Below, in pieces: positions 34,642 through 46,079 of a stretch of DNA of 64,000 nt. A program made the translations under genes and the position numbers. Origin of the DNA: Vairimorpha necatrix (taxonomy: Eukaryota); assembly GCA_036630325.1 (NCBI GenBank), contig CP142732.1, positions 682,001 through 746,000 of the forward strand, written 5' to 3'. How positions within the stretch are numbered: the stretch's first letter is position 1; each line of letters opens with the position of its first letter. The notes under the pieces are model-generated. The model did no database searches. It worked only from the letters and a program-made list of their open reading frames with translations, and had not been told where the DNA came from.

Positions 34642-34754
34642 AAAAAACTGGGACTACTCCCAGTGTTAACTCTCAAAATAAACATGCCGTCCTTGCGCAG
34701 GGGTCATGCTAATCTTCTCAGTGTTTTAAAGAAAATATGATGCCAATAGCATAC
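34642..34754 (-). ncRNA. U6: U6 spliceosomal snRNA
   Basis: Minus strand reads ACTGAGAAGATTAGCATGACCCCTGCGCAAGGACGGCA, matching the U6 core (AGC triad, ISL), and ends in a T6 Pol III terminator; 5' end approximate. Confidence 0.92.
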
Positions 34755-35127
34755 CCCTAAAAAAAATTAGAAATTTATATGAAAAAATTATTTGATTTTT
34801 TGACCCCTTGAAAAATAAAAACAAAAATAAAAAAAGTACAAATAATGTCTTAAAAATGCGTAAATGTCTTATAATTCGATTTTATATATATTTTTGACTA
34901 TTTTTGGGCACTATAAAATAATATACAAAGCATTATAAATTATTTGTAAAATAATAAGTGATTTGAACTTAAAATAGAATAAAAGTTATTAAGTCTCCTT
35001 TATATATCTCATTGCTTTCTATTGGTAAAAAAATTGATCATTTTGTGGTTTGATTGCTAATTAACAAATTTTACTGGTCCAAAATCTTTATAAGTTTTAT
35101 AAAGAAAACCAAATCAAAACCAGAAAT

Positions 35128-35976
35128 ATGAAACCAAACTATCTTCAATTAGAAGAGTTTTTATTTAACTTGAAACAAAAAATAAATCCAGATCTACAAG
35201 TAAATGAAATAAAATTAGATGATTCAAATATAACTGTAAAATTTTACAACATCCAAGATATTCAATACATGCCTTTGGCAATATTAGAAGATCTTTTGTG
35301 GATGCACATGAATATTCAGAAAAGCGAAACAATTAGAGATTTTATTAGAGATATGATGAATATTTACAAGATCATGGAAGTAGATAAAGACAATAATCCG
35401 GTAGAAATAGAACTTTGTGGGCTTGACCACTTGAATGGAAACATTTTCGCACTTATCGAAAAAAAATATTGCGAATTGATGAATTCGGAAGATTCGTCTA
35501 TGTTTGGTCGCATTGAAATGTCTAATATTACAGATAAAGACAAGATGGAAAAAACCAATGTAGATTACGAATATCCATTTGATAAATCCTTTGTTCAGCA
35601 AGATTTTAAAGAAATAATGAGCAATATTTATAAATCCAATGATTTTATAGAACCAACGAATGTAGAAGAAAATCTCTACAATCCATTTAAGAAAAATCTC
35701 GGCAGAGGAAGAAGTAGGACGAAACAAGTAAATATTAAAGATAGACCGTTTATTTGTGAATATCCTGATTGTAAAAGAGCTTTTAAAAGGTATGAGCATT
35801 TGAAGCGACACAATAAGATGCACACAGGCGAGAGGCCTTACAAGTGCAAATTCCCAGGATGTATGAAAGCCTTTTCTAGAAGTGACAATCTGTCACAACA
35901 TTACAAAATTCACAACGTGCCATCAAAGTCACAAAGTTTGACATTTAGAAATTATTACGAGATGAGCAAAGAGTAA
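35128..35976 (+). CDS. C2H2 zinc-finger transcription factor (two fingers)
   Basis: CEYPDC...H...H, TGERP linker, CKFPGC...FSRSDNL.QH...H. Confidence 0.9.
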   Translation: MKPNYLQLEEFLFNLKQKINPDLQVNEIKLDDSNITVKFYNIQDIQYMPLAILEDLLWMHMNIQKSETIRDFIRDMMNIYKIMEVDKDNNPVEIELCGLDHLNGNIFALIEKKYCELMNSEDSSMFGRIEMSNITDKDKMEKTNVDYEYPFDKSFVQQDFKEIMSNIYKSNDFIEPTNVEENLYNPFKKNLGRGRSRTKQVNIKDRPFICEYPDCKRAFKRYEHLKRHNKMHTGERPYKCKFPGCMKAFSRSDNLSQHYKIHNVPSKSQSLTFRNYYEMSKE

Positions 35977-36221
35977 AATAAATGCTATGTGTTTAGAAAA
36001 GGCTTTTCTTTGCATTTTTTTATTATAATTATGTTTTTATAAATTTAGTCAAAAAAATATCTTAAACACAAATGCTTTTCTTATTTTTTAATATTTTTTG
36101 CTTTTTCAATATAAAATAAAATAATAAGCACATATTCGACTTTCTATTTGAAGGTCGAATGATGAAGTGTGAAGACTTTTGTTCTTCTTTTTACCTTTTA
36201 AAATTTACACCATAAATTTAT

Positions 36222-36584
36222 ATGCCAAGAGATAAAAAATCTACAATGCGATTTTGTAATCCATTTACTGTAAAATGTTTGTATTGTTCAGAATATATTT
36301 TCAAAAATAAGAGACATAATGCTTATCAAGAAGAAATTAAAGGAGGAGATTATTACGGAATAAAAGTTTACAGATTCATGTTTAAATGTACTGGATGTAA
36401 GAAAATGTTATCTATAAAAACAGATCCAAAAAACGGAGATTATCAAGCTGAAAATGGATGCCTAAGAATTGACAACTTAAAAAAAGAAGCAAACATTCGA
36501 AAAAAAGAAAACGAAACAGATATAGAAAAAATAAAAGAAGAAATAAAAAAACTATATGAAATAGAAAAAAGTTACAAAAAATAA
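36222..36584 (+). CDS. YJU2: Splicing factor Yju2/Cwc16
   Basis: PF...C..C.EYI, YYGIKVYRF..KC..C and IKTDPKNGDY motifs. Confidence 0.88.
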   Translation: MPRDKKSTMRFCNPFTVKCLYCSEYIFKNKRHNAYQEEIKGGDYYGIKVYRFMFKCTGCKKMLSIKTDPKNGDYQAENGCLRIDNLKKEANIRKKENETDIEKIKEEIKKLYEIEKSYKK

Positions 36585-36722
36585 ATATAGGAAAAAGACA
36601 GGATATTTGTTAAGTGTAAAATTTTTTTTTTTTGGGATCAAATTTTATGTATTTCTTAGAAAAATAAAATTTCGAATTTTTCTATTATCTTTTAGTAAAT
36701 ATAGTACAAAAATATTGCCCCT

Positions 36723-36917
36723 ATGGATAATCAAAGGAAAATAGAAAAATTAAGATTTTTAGTCGAAGATTCCGGAAAAATTAATGAACAACTCAAAATA
36801 ATATTAAAAAGTCTTAACAATGTGGAAGATGTTGTAGTCAACGCGGAAGCAATAAGTGAACGTGTACATAAGGCATTTAAGTTGTATTCTGAATTTATTC
36901 AAGTATTAGAAAAATGA
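36723..36917 (+). CDS. Small coiled-coil hypothetical protein (64 aa)
   Basis: CCCCT immediately before the ATG; heptad-like sequence. Confidence 0.6.
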   Translation: MDNQRKIEKLRFLVEDSGKINEQLKIILKSLNNVEDVVVNAEAISERVHKAFKLYSEFIQVLEK

Positions 36918-38554
36918 ATATTCTACATAAATTATTCGCAACAAAAACAATTTTAAATAAAAAATTAAAAATAATTCTTTAAATATTATTACTAATTAAA
37001 AATTTATTTCTCTTAATTAAAACATGTTTATTCTAAGTTTTACAGAGCAGGAGGAAACCCCCGAAAAAATAACAAATTAAACCTCCGAAGCGGAAATGGG
37101 CAAAATGGACACAGAAGAGAAAGAACAGGGGGCAGAACATATTAGTGTGCTTACTCAATCCACTTCTGAGACTCATGCAGCATTACTTGTAGTACCTAAA
37201 CGAGCGAAGAAGAGTGGCCTCAAAGAGTATTTTCATCAATCGTAAATAGATTTGGTAGAATGATAAGAGGAGGGTGGAGTAAAGCTACCGAGTTCTTCTG
37301 TGAAAAAATTGGGTCTAACATGAGTTCACTAGAATTCAAGGGCAAAGTAAAGAAAGCGCTCACTAGTAATAGTAGTAGACAAATGACGGCCGGGAATTCT
37401 TAGTGAATCCTTTCAAAAGAAGAAATGCCGAAACTGGCTCATAAGAAGGAAATAGTCTCTTCGAAACAGAGCTCTTCCTAAAAGCACAAAAATTGTTCTT
37501 GGAGAAACTTAGTTATATCCAGAACACATGTGTGGACTAGGTATAACGAACGAGGAAGATTTCTTCCTTGAAGGTTGATCTGTTGAAACTTGATGCTACA
37601 ATCAAGGCGATAGATAGTCATGTTAGATTCCACCCCTTATAACATGACAGAGATGGCAAGGATACTTCAAGCTGCACAGTTCTGCTTTTAGGAAATGGCC
37701 AGTAAGAAGCCTAAACCTTCGTCTTGGAAAGAAAGTATCTTGAAAAAGATTACTGAGATCGAAGACAAGGTAGTGCTTTTCAAAAAAGCCAGGATTTTTG
37801 ATAAACTTTCAAATGAGGAAAAGCGTGAAGTCAAGAAGGTAATACGTGAACTCAACATGCTTGCATGTTTGCACCGAGATACTTCTGAAGCTATTGCTAT
37901 ACCTAACGAGAGGAAGGCCATATACTCAAGAAAGCTAGAGGTCGCAGATCGACGCAGAGAGTATAGGCGTGAAAATCAAAACTTTGAGCTATATAGAAGC
38001 AATTTCTATAGAAAACTCTTGTGTGCCAATGAGGTTTATCATAATGTAAGCAAAGTAGATATTAGTTCATTCTGGTCTACCATGTGGAATAAAAAAGGGT
38101 AATTCAGAGACTGCAATAGTTTGGGGGAGTATCTTCTAAAATACATTCCTGATAGCCAAGATCAGATCACTTTCCCAATTTTGCAAGAATTTGTAGATAT
38201 TATTAAAATTACCAAATCAGAAGGCTGCAGGCTGTGATGGAATCTTCAATTTCTTTGTAAAGAAGTGTGAAGCTCTACACTCATTCCTTTACAAGATTGT
38301 TAAGGAAGTATGCCTGGATGGGAAAGAACCCGAAGCTTGGTTCTACGAGGGGATTACTCATTAAATACCCAAAGTACCCCCACTAGTTGTAATGACTTCA
38401 GGCCTATTACTTGTATGTCAAACCTCTACAAGTTACAACGAAATGCACTTCGAGGCAATGAAGCTAATAGTAGAAAGTAGAGGGATACTAGCAGAGAACC
38501 AACTAGGGACAGTTAGACAAGTCCAAGGAGCAAAAGAACAAGCTATGATTAATA

Positions 38555-39074
38555 CTAGCGTATGCTTTCCCGTTTTGAAAACGGGATTAATGTGTGTGCG
38601 CATTGCATTTTTTAATTGATTTACCATTTTGGGTTGGAATAATAAAAGAAGAGAATATGATTCTTAACAACTGTAAATATTAGATTAATGGCAGACTTAA
38701 ATACAGAATTCGATTCAAATTATTATATAAAATTCAATGCTATAACTTCTAAATGTTTTTTTGTTCAAAATTTGACACTTATCATTCGAAATCCGACATG
38801 GTTAATTGTTTTATGAATTTTTGTGGAAGGGTTAAATAAATTCTAAAAAACGATTCTGACGATATTTTGGAACTGAGTTTTACAAAAATTTTATAAAAAA
38901 CAAAAAAGTATTAACATATAGTATACGCATCTATAATTATCAAATTGAAACATTAAATCCAAAAACACTATTATAGTAACATAATAAGTGCAGAACATAT
39001 CGTTTAGAAATTTCAAAATCACAAAAAAGAGGGGTAAAAAATTAAATAAAATTCTTTTATATATATGATGATGA
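38555..39074 (-). mobile_element. Non-autonomous Helitron (~520 bp)
   Basis: On the minus strand it starts TC and ends with hairpin TCCCGTTTTCAAAACGGGA + 9 nt + CTAG; inserted between A and T with no TSD; removal restores the LINE frame (EQAMINITVNKEHG). Confidence 0.8.
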
Positions 39075-39496
39075 TAACAGTCAATAAGGAGCATGGAAAC
39101 AAGCCGAAGACCACGTGGATAGATGTAAAGAAAGCCTACGACTCCGTAGACCATTCTTATCTATTAACGTGTATTTGCAAGTTAAATCTCCCCCCAATGG
39201 ATAAGAAAATTCTTATTAGCCAACGTTAAAAGGGGGCATATTGAGATAAAATCAGGATCGGGAACGATACTGGATAAAAAGATTAAAAGAGGCATACTAC
39301 AAGGGGATTCCTTGTCGCCACTTTTGTTTGTACTATGTATGGCCCGTTGAGCAGGAAACTGAATTCAACTTGCTCAAAAGTAAGATTACAGACTCACGAA
39401 AGTGTTTATGTAACAAAACATCTTCTATTTGTTGATTATCTTAATCTCCTCGCAGAGAAAGATGTCGTTTTAAAACTGATGAATGAGGAAAATAAG

Positions 39497-41104
39497 GGTG
39501 ACCGGAATTTTCGTCCCGGTGGTAGGGGTTAAAAAAATAAAAAAATAAAAAATCTCGGTTTTTTATTTTTTTAACCCCTACCACCGGGACGAAAATTCCG
39601 AAAAAAAAAATAAAAATAAAACTTTAATATTTCAATAATTTCAAAGACAAAATCTAAACCAACCCCTTCATCCACAGTTTTGTTTAAAAAATTAGCTAGC
39701 CGAATCTCTTTTTCAATGTATTTTTGTTTACGTTCAAAAACATGATTTAAAATTGTTTGTTGGATTATCTTGATTCGCACTATATCTTCTTCATCCTTTA
39801 ACTTGCTCACTAATAGATAAAAACTGTATCGACTTGTACCAAATGTGTTTTTAAAGGTATTATGCCAACCTTCAATCGCATTATTAGTTCTTGGAAAATC
39901 TATATCCATTTTATTTCTCGTATGCCACAAATTCGGCGGAAAACGACATCCTAAATCAATATAATTTGTAAAGAAATAGGCATATAACTCAGTCAAGCAT
40001 TCAGGGAAATTTCTGTCTTGTTTTAATTCCAAAAAAGTAGACAATATTTCGTCATATTCAACATATGCAAGTGCCGTAAGAGACAAAACAAATTTTTTCA
40101 CCATAGGTGAACATGTGTAAACAGAAGAAAGTCCTGAACTTTTAACACGTCTATCAATAGCCTGGGCTAAGTGAAAAAGACAACCCGAAATTTGACAATC
40201 CGAGAAAATTATTGAAAATGCTCTTATCGCAGCATACTCAAAATCGGGTTTTATCAACCTTGGGTTGAGCTCTGGAAACCTTCTCTTTAACAATTGAAAC
40301 AAAAAACAATAGGTTTCAAAACTTTTATCTTTTAAAATTGCAAATATAATCGGAAATACATGCGCTTCACGGATAAAACTAATTGTGTAAAGTTGATAAT
40401 ATGGAATTGGAACCACCGTAAAGGTCCCATCCATCGCCCACATGTCATATAGAGCCAGTTTTCCCATAGCTGAATCTGTATAAAAAACTATTATACTGTC
40501 ATTGGGTTTATCACTCCCGCAATTTTCAGGCCCATATCGATACCATTGTTCGCCTGTATGACTGATTAATTAATCAGCACATAAACCCAATGTTTGGTTG
40601 GCGTATGGTTTTGGATTTAAGAAATTTAGCCTAGCTTTCCTTAATATCCTCGCAATAGGCTCAATAGGGCCTATTGCGGCGATTGTTTCTTCACCAGCTC
40701 TTCTTAAGGAAGAAAAAAATGTTTCTAGAAGAATCTTTGCCAGAGATAATTTCCCGTTTCATTTTATCTATTTTATTCTTCCTACAGACCTGTTCAGGAT
40801 TTGGTTCATGATTATGAGGCGAAGAAATAATAAAGGATTCGAGATTATTGACGTAAACAATACTACTAATGGCCTTGGCATTACAGCTTCGTACAATGCA
40901 GCGCCACTTTATAGTAGTATTGTTGATTCTTTTTTTCTCGTAAATATATAGATTTTCATCTATTATTTGGTCCATATTTCTTTTGCTTTTAATGATCCTT
41001 TTTGTCCCGGTCATAGGGGTAAAAAATAAAAAAAGAAAAAAGTTCGTTTTTTTTATTTTTTAATTTTTTTAACCCCTATGACCGGGACGAAAAGACCGGG
41101 TACC
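39497..41104 (-). mobile_element. Mutator-like (MULE) DNA transposon
   Basis: 9-bp TSD GAAAATAAG at 39488-39496 and 41105-41113; imperfect TIRs GGTGACCGGAATTTTCGTCCCGG / GGTACCCGGTCTTTTCGTCCCGG. Confidence 0.92.
39571..41014 (-). pseudogene. MULE transposase (FLYWCH-like zinc finger plus DDE), disrupted
   Basis: WRC...C.A...HNH in 40691-41014; DGTF, DFE, GCLFH and TNNAIEGWH in 39571-40467. Confidence 0.88.
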
Positions 41105-41607
41105 GAAAATAAGTAGGATTTCTCAGCTGTAGGTTTGGAAATGAACATGAGTAAGTCTGCGACTAACTGTATTGACTGTAGCGAAGATGCAGTAATATTA
41201 GAAGGGCATCAAGGATACAAAAACCTTGGAATAACAGAGGATGCCTCTTGTGCTGTCAAAAGAGAGACTTTTGAAAAAGTAATAAATAAGATCCTACAGA
41301 GGGTTAGAAACTGTGCAAGACTCAATTAAATGGTAAGAATATGATTTTAACTATAAACAAGCATGCAATATCAGTAACAAAAATCTTGTAGGACTTCTTA
41401 CAGTCCATTTCATTTTTATAGGCACTTTGTTTCATTTTTATAGGCACTTTGTTTCATTTTTAAAGACACCTTGTTCCATTTTTATAGACACCTTGTTCCA
41501 TTATTTTTTACACCTTATTTAATAATTATAGAACCCTCATTTCATTATGATAGAACCCTTGCTCTAAAATTTATTTTACTTTACTTTATAATTTTCAATC
41601 CTTAAAT

Positions 41608-42716
41608 ATGAGAAACCTAAATGTCAGAGAAGAACTTGAGGAATATCGTACAGAAGAATCATTTGTCGAGATAGAAGATGAAACGCAGTCTTCTACCCCA
41701 ATTAAAACCAGGAAGATGATTACGAGGTCGATAATCGAAAGTTTTCTTTCGTTACTCGACACTGGTATGAAAGTTATTTATATGGAAGTTGCTTTAAATC
41801 TCAGTAAGTCTAACGTCAAACGCCCATATAAAAGATATCTTACGAGAGAATTTACTAACCTTTCAACTTTTAAGAAGGCAGGACAAAAAAAAAGAGTGAA
41901 TCTTTAAAGACATTTTTATGGTTATATATATTATTGCAACGGAAATAGCCTTGATTCCTTGTCTATATCTTTATTATTTATCCGATAAATTGCAAAATGT
42001 AAATTCCACGGGACATTACTTTATGTCAACTGTTTGCAGACTTGTTAAAAAATAAGGGTATAGTTTTAAACCCCCCCCCCCCCCGACCTTGATTCCACTA
42101 AGCAGAAACAGTCCTCAGAACAAGCTGTTAAGGTCTCAATATGCGAGAGTAATAGATATCATATCAAATGATAATTTAAATTTTCTCGAAGAACCCGGTT
42201 TAAATCTGCACCTTAACAGTACTTTTGGTTTTTCTTTAAGAGATACTAAGTGTTGTGTAACAGTCCGAATTCGAAAGGGACTAATGTTTCTTTAATGTAT
42301 GCTATAAGCGTTAAAGGATTATATACGCATAAAACTAAAGTCGAAAGTTTTAAATCGATAGATTTTGTCGAATTCATTAACAATAATGACCTATTTGTGA
42401 GCAAGAGGAAAACAGAGTTATAATATTGGATAACGCATCTATACAAAGAACAGCCGAAGTAGCTGTTGCTCTTAGAAACAAAGGATACACTCTAAAACTT
42501 ATCCCTCCATATTCTCCACAACTAAACCCCGCCGAGGAGTTTTCTAACAGTTTAAAGTCCCAAGTAAAACAGAGACCTAGACCAACAACCACTCCTTTGT
42601 TAATTGATTGTATTGAGGACGTGTTGGACACAGAAGTATTCGTCATAGATGGTTACTTTTCTCATAAGAGAATTTATCGAGAAAGCTCTTGTCAATGCGG
42701 GTTTTTTCTGAATTAA
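41608..42716 (+). pseudogene. Tc1/IS630-type transposase, fragmented
   Basis: LDNASI and PPYSPQLNPAEE motifs; multiple frameshifts. Confidence 0.85.
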
Positions 42717-42861
42717 TGAAATTAAAAATTTTAATTTAAAAACTTCTAAGATGTTTTCATTGTTTGCCATGTAAATATTGATGTTTATATCTTTATCTTT
42801 ATCATTATCTCTTCTTTACGATTCAACTATATAAATAAATTATGAAAAAAATAAAAATAAA

Positions 42862-45800
42862 TGTGATATATTTGTATAATTTCTATCCCCATTATGATAA
42901 ATAAAGACATGGGGGCGATACCGAATCGTCAGTTTACAAGTGTGGACTGTGGTCTAGAGGCCAAAAAGTTAATAAAGGAAGTTAGAAGAATAATGTATAG
43001 GTTGGAGATGGAGGAAGTAGAAATCAGTTTGTGGAAGCAGAGAATATTTATGGAAGGAAGTGAAGAAATAAAAAATTTCATGGTAGAAAGAATTAGTAAA
43101 GAGGACGAATATTATAAAATAATTGAGAAATTAGAGGAGGAAATATGTAGAGAAGAAAGAACTAAAAAAGAAGAAGAAAATAGGAGAGAACTTATGGAGG
43201 TTATAGCTGAGAATGTTAGAGAAACTGTGAGAAAAGAAATTCAAGAGAAAGATTTAGTTTTAAGGAGTACAGTACAAGAAATAAGAAATAATAGGAATTG
43301 TTTTAATTGTGGTAAATTTGGCCATATGGCTAGGAACTGCTATTTAGGAAGGAACAATAATCAGAAAAATAATAAAAAGTTTAATAAGTACTTAAATTTA
43401 GACGAAAACCAAAGTTGTAGTAGCAGTAATGATAATAAAGAATATAAACCAAGTGGAAAGACAAAACGAGTTAAGTTAAAGGAATGTAATAATAGTGATA
43501 GAAGACATAAAGAAAGAATATATGCGAGCAATAAAGAGACGAAAAGAAGATTACTGAAGAGGGAATTTACGTTGGAAGATCTCAAAGCGGAATATGAAGA
43601 AGTTTTTAAACAAGGAGATGAGGTTATAAGTTATTGTACATTAGAGAAGTGTAAGATAGATACTCCAGAGGGTAAGAAGATAGTCAGAAAGGGACAGACG
43701 ATCCCACAGGCTTTGATCAAACAGACTGAGGAATATATTAATGATTTAGAAAATAGAAAAATTATAAGAAGATCGTCTTCGGAATGGCGAAACCCAATAA
43801 TAGCGATACTTAAACCAAGTGGTGAAGTAAGAGTAGTTAGTAATTTTATAGGGTTGAATGATTTAGTCGAGAAAGACCCGTATGAGCTAACGAATATGAG
43901 AGAAATAATAAGAGCTACGCAAGGGTCGATAATATTTACTGTTGTTGATTGCAAAGAAGGATTTTACCATTTTGAAATCGAAGAAAAAGATAAACATAAG
44001 ACGGCGTTTGAATTTAATAAAAAAGTTTACGAATGGAATAGTATGGTGATGGGATACAAAAACTCCCCACAGATACTACAGAGAACGATGAATATGATTT
44101 TTGAAGATTTGCGAGGAAATGGTGTTGAGGTATACATGGACGATATAGTAATACATGCCAACAATAAATGTAAACACGATGAATTAGTAATAGAGGTTAT
44201 AGAAAGAATTAAGAGAAATAAAATGAAATTAAATATTGGGAAAATACAGTTTAGACAAGCGGAAGTAAAATTATTAGGTGTGACGCTGAATGGAATAGAC
44301 ATGACGGCCGACGAAATAAAGAAAAATGAAGCCTTGGAGTATCCGGATCCAAAAACTTTGACGGAATTGAGGAGGTTTCTAGGATTGACTGGGTGGTTCA
44401 GACCATTTATAAAAGATTATGCCGGGCTGACGTTGAAAATGACAGATAGTTTGAAGAAAAATGGCAATTCGTGGAAATTTACGGAAGAGATGAAAGAGGA
44501 ATTTACTAAAATGAAAAATGTTTTAAGAAATATGGGAAGACTAAGATTACCGGACTATAATAAGGAGTTCATACTAAGAACAGACGCTAGCAATTTGAGA
44601 TTGGGTGCGGTGTTACTTCAGAAGAATGAGAATGGGGAATGGGTTGCTATACAATGGGCATCTAAAAAGCTAACACCTACCGAAATAAGATATGGAATAT
44701 CAGAAAAGGAAATGCTTGCGATATATTGGGGCATTGATAAATTTAAATACGAGTTAAGAGGTAGGAAATTCAAGATAGAAACGGATCACAAAGCACTGGT
44801 GGAGATAAGAAATAAACCGTTTTTTTAATAATAACAGAATAAATCGCTTAATCGAGAAGATACAGGAATATGATTTTATCGTTGAATATAAAAAACCTGA
44901 TGAGATGGTGGTAGCAGATGCGTTGAGTCGAATAAATATGGAAGAGGATATTAAAGAAATGAAAAATAAAGAGCGAACAATCAAGCAAACAGAAGGTAAA
45001 TGGAAAGCACATGTTTCTTCCGAGAATGGAAAGCAATATTGGCAATTTGACTCAGGACGTAAAGTTGAAATACCACCTGAGAATATAAGGAGACAATTAA
45101 TCCAAGAATATCATGAAAAAGTAGGCCACAGATGCATGACAAGTGTTTATTATGCAATGAGAGAAGAATACTATTGGCCAGGAGTAAAGAAAGAAATAAA
45201 CGAGGTTATAAAACAGTGTCAGAAATGTCAGATATATAACAGGAAAAATATGGGTGGTTGTGAATTTGTAGATACGTCGAGATACATAGAGAAGGTTGCA
45301 TTAGATTTGATAGACTTTAGAAATTAGAAGAAATATGTTTTAGTTGCTATCGATTATTTTACACGTAGAGTATGGGGAGTAGTTATAAATAACAAGTCAA
45401 GTAATAATGTTGTTGGATTTTTGAAAAGATTATGTGAGCAAGGGAAGAAACCAGAAGAAATTATTACAGATAACGGAAAAGAGTTTATTACGTGGAATTT
45501 AGAAAATTTTGTAGAGATCTCGATATAATACACCGACAAGTAAGTATAGAAGCGCATAGAAGTAACGGAAGAGTAGAGCGTGTTATAGGAACTTTGAGAG
45601 AAAGTATTTTAAAGTCGGATGCGAAAACTTTTGAAGGTAAAGTATATAAAAGTATCGATGTATATAATCAGAGCTATCATACGGGAATAAAATGTACACC
45701 ATTAGAAGCGACTGAAGATAAAACTGGAGACGTAATGCTTGAAAATAGCCCTTTAGGGAAATATTGTAATAGGTTTGGAAAAGGAAAGATCGAAAAATTT

Positions 45801-46079
45801 AGCAAAGGTCAATTGGTAAGAATAGCTAAACGAGAAAATGTGGCAGGTGTTAATAAGTATGAAAAAGGAAGATTTTTGGATACAGGAAAAATTGTTGAAA
45901 AGTGTGGAAAAGATTCTTATATTGTAAAACTTAGTAATGGTAGGCTTGTGAAGAAGAGACATTATGATCTGAAGGGTATGCTTGGGGTAGATGTGAAAAT
46001 TAGATGAGACTAACCGTCTTGAGGGGGGGATGTGATATATTTGTATAATTTCTATACCCCATTATGATAAATAAAGACA
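42862..46079 (+). mobile_element. Compact Ty3/Gypsy element (3218 bp) with 48/49-bp LTRs and no protease
   Basis: LTRs at 42862-42909 and 46031-46079 (TG...CA, one indel), TSD ATAAA, TGG-starting PBS at 42910, PPT GAGGGGGGGA at 46021-46030. Confidence 0.93.
42894..46007 (+). pseudogene. mini-Gag-RT-RNase H-integrase polyprotein, disrupted
   Basis: CFNCGKFGHMARNC, YMDD, TDAS, HHCC, TDNG and SNGRVER motifs; frameshifts near 44825 and 45490 and a stop at 45325-45327. Confidence 0.9.

Noticed and set aside
34642-36584. Functional splicing cluster of U6 and YJU2 (plus the Sm gene at 26 kb)
   Set aside because: Proximity is unremarkable in a small gene-dense genome; no evidence of co-regulation
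41409-41560. CRISPR-like spaced repeats
   Set aside because: These are Tc1 subterminal tandem repeats mirrored at the other end; no unique spacers, no cas genes, eukaryotic context
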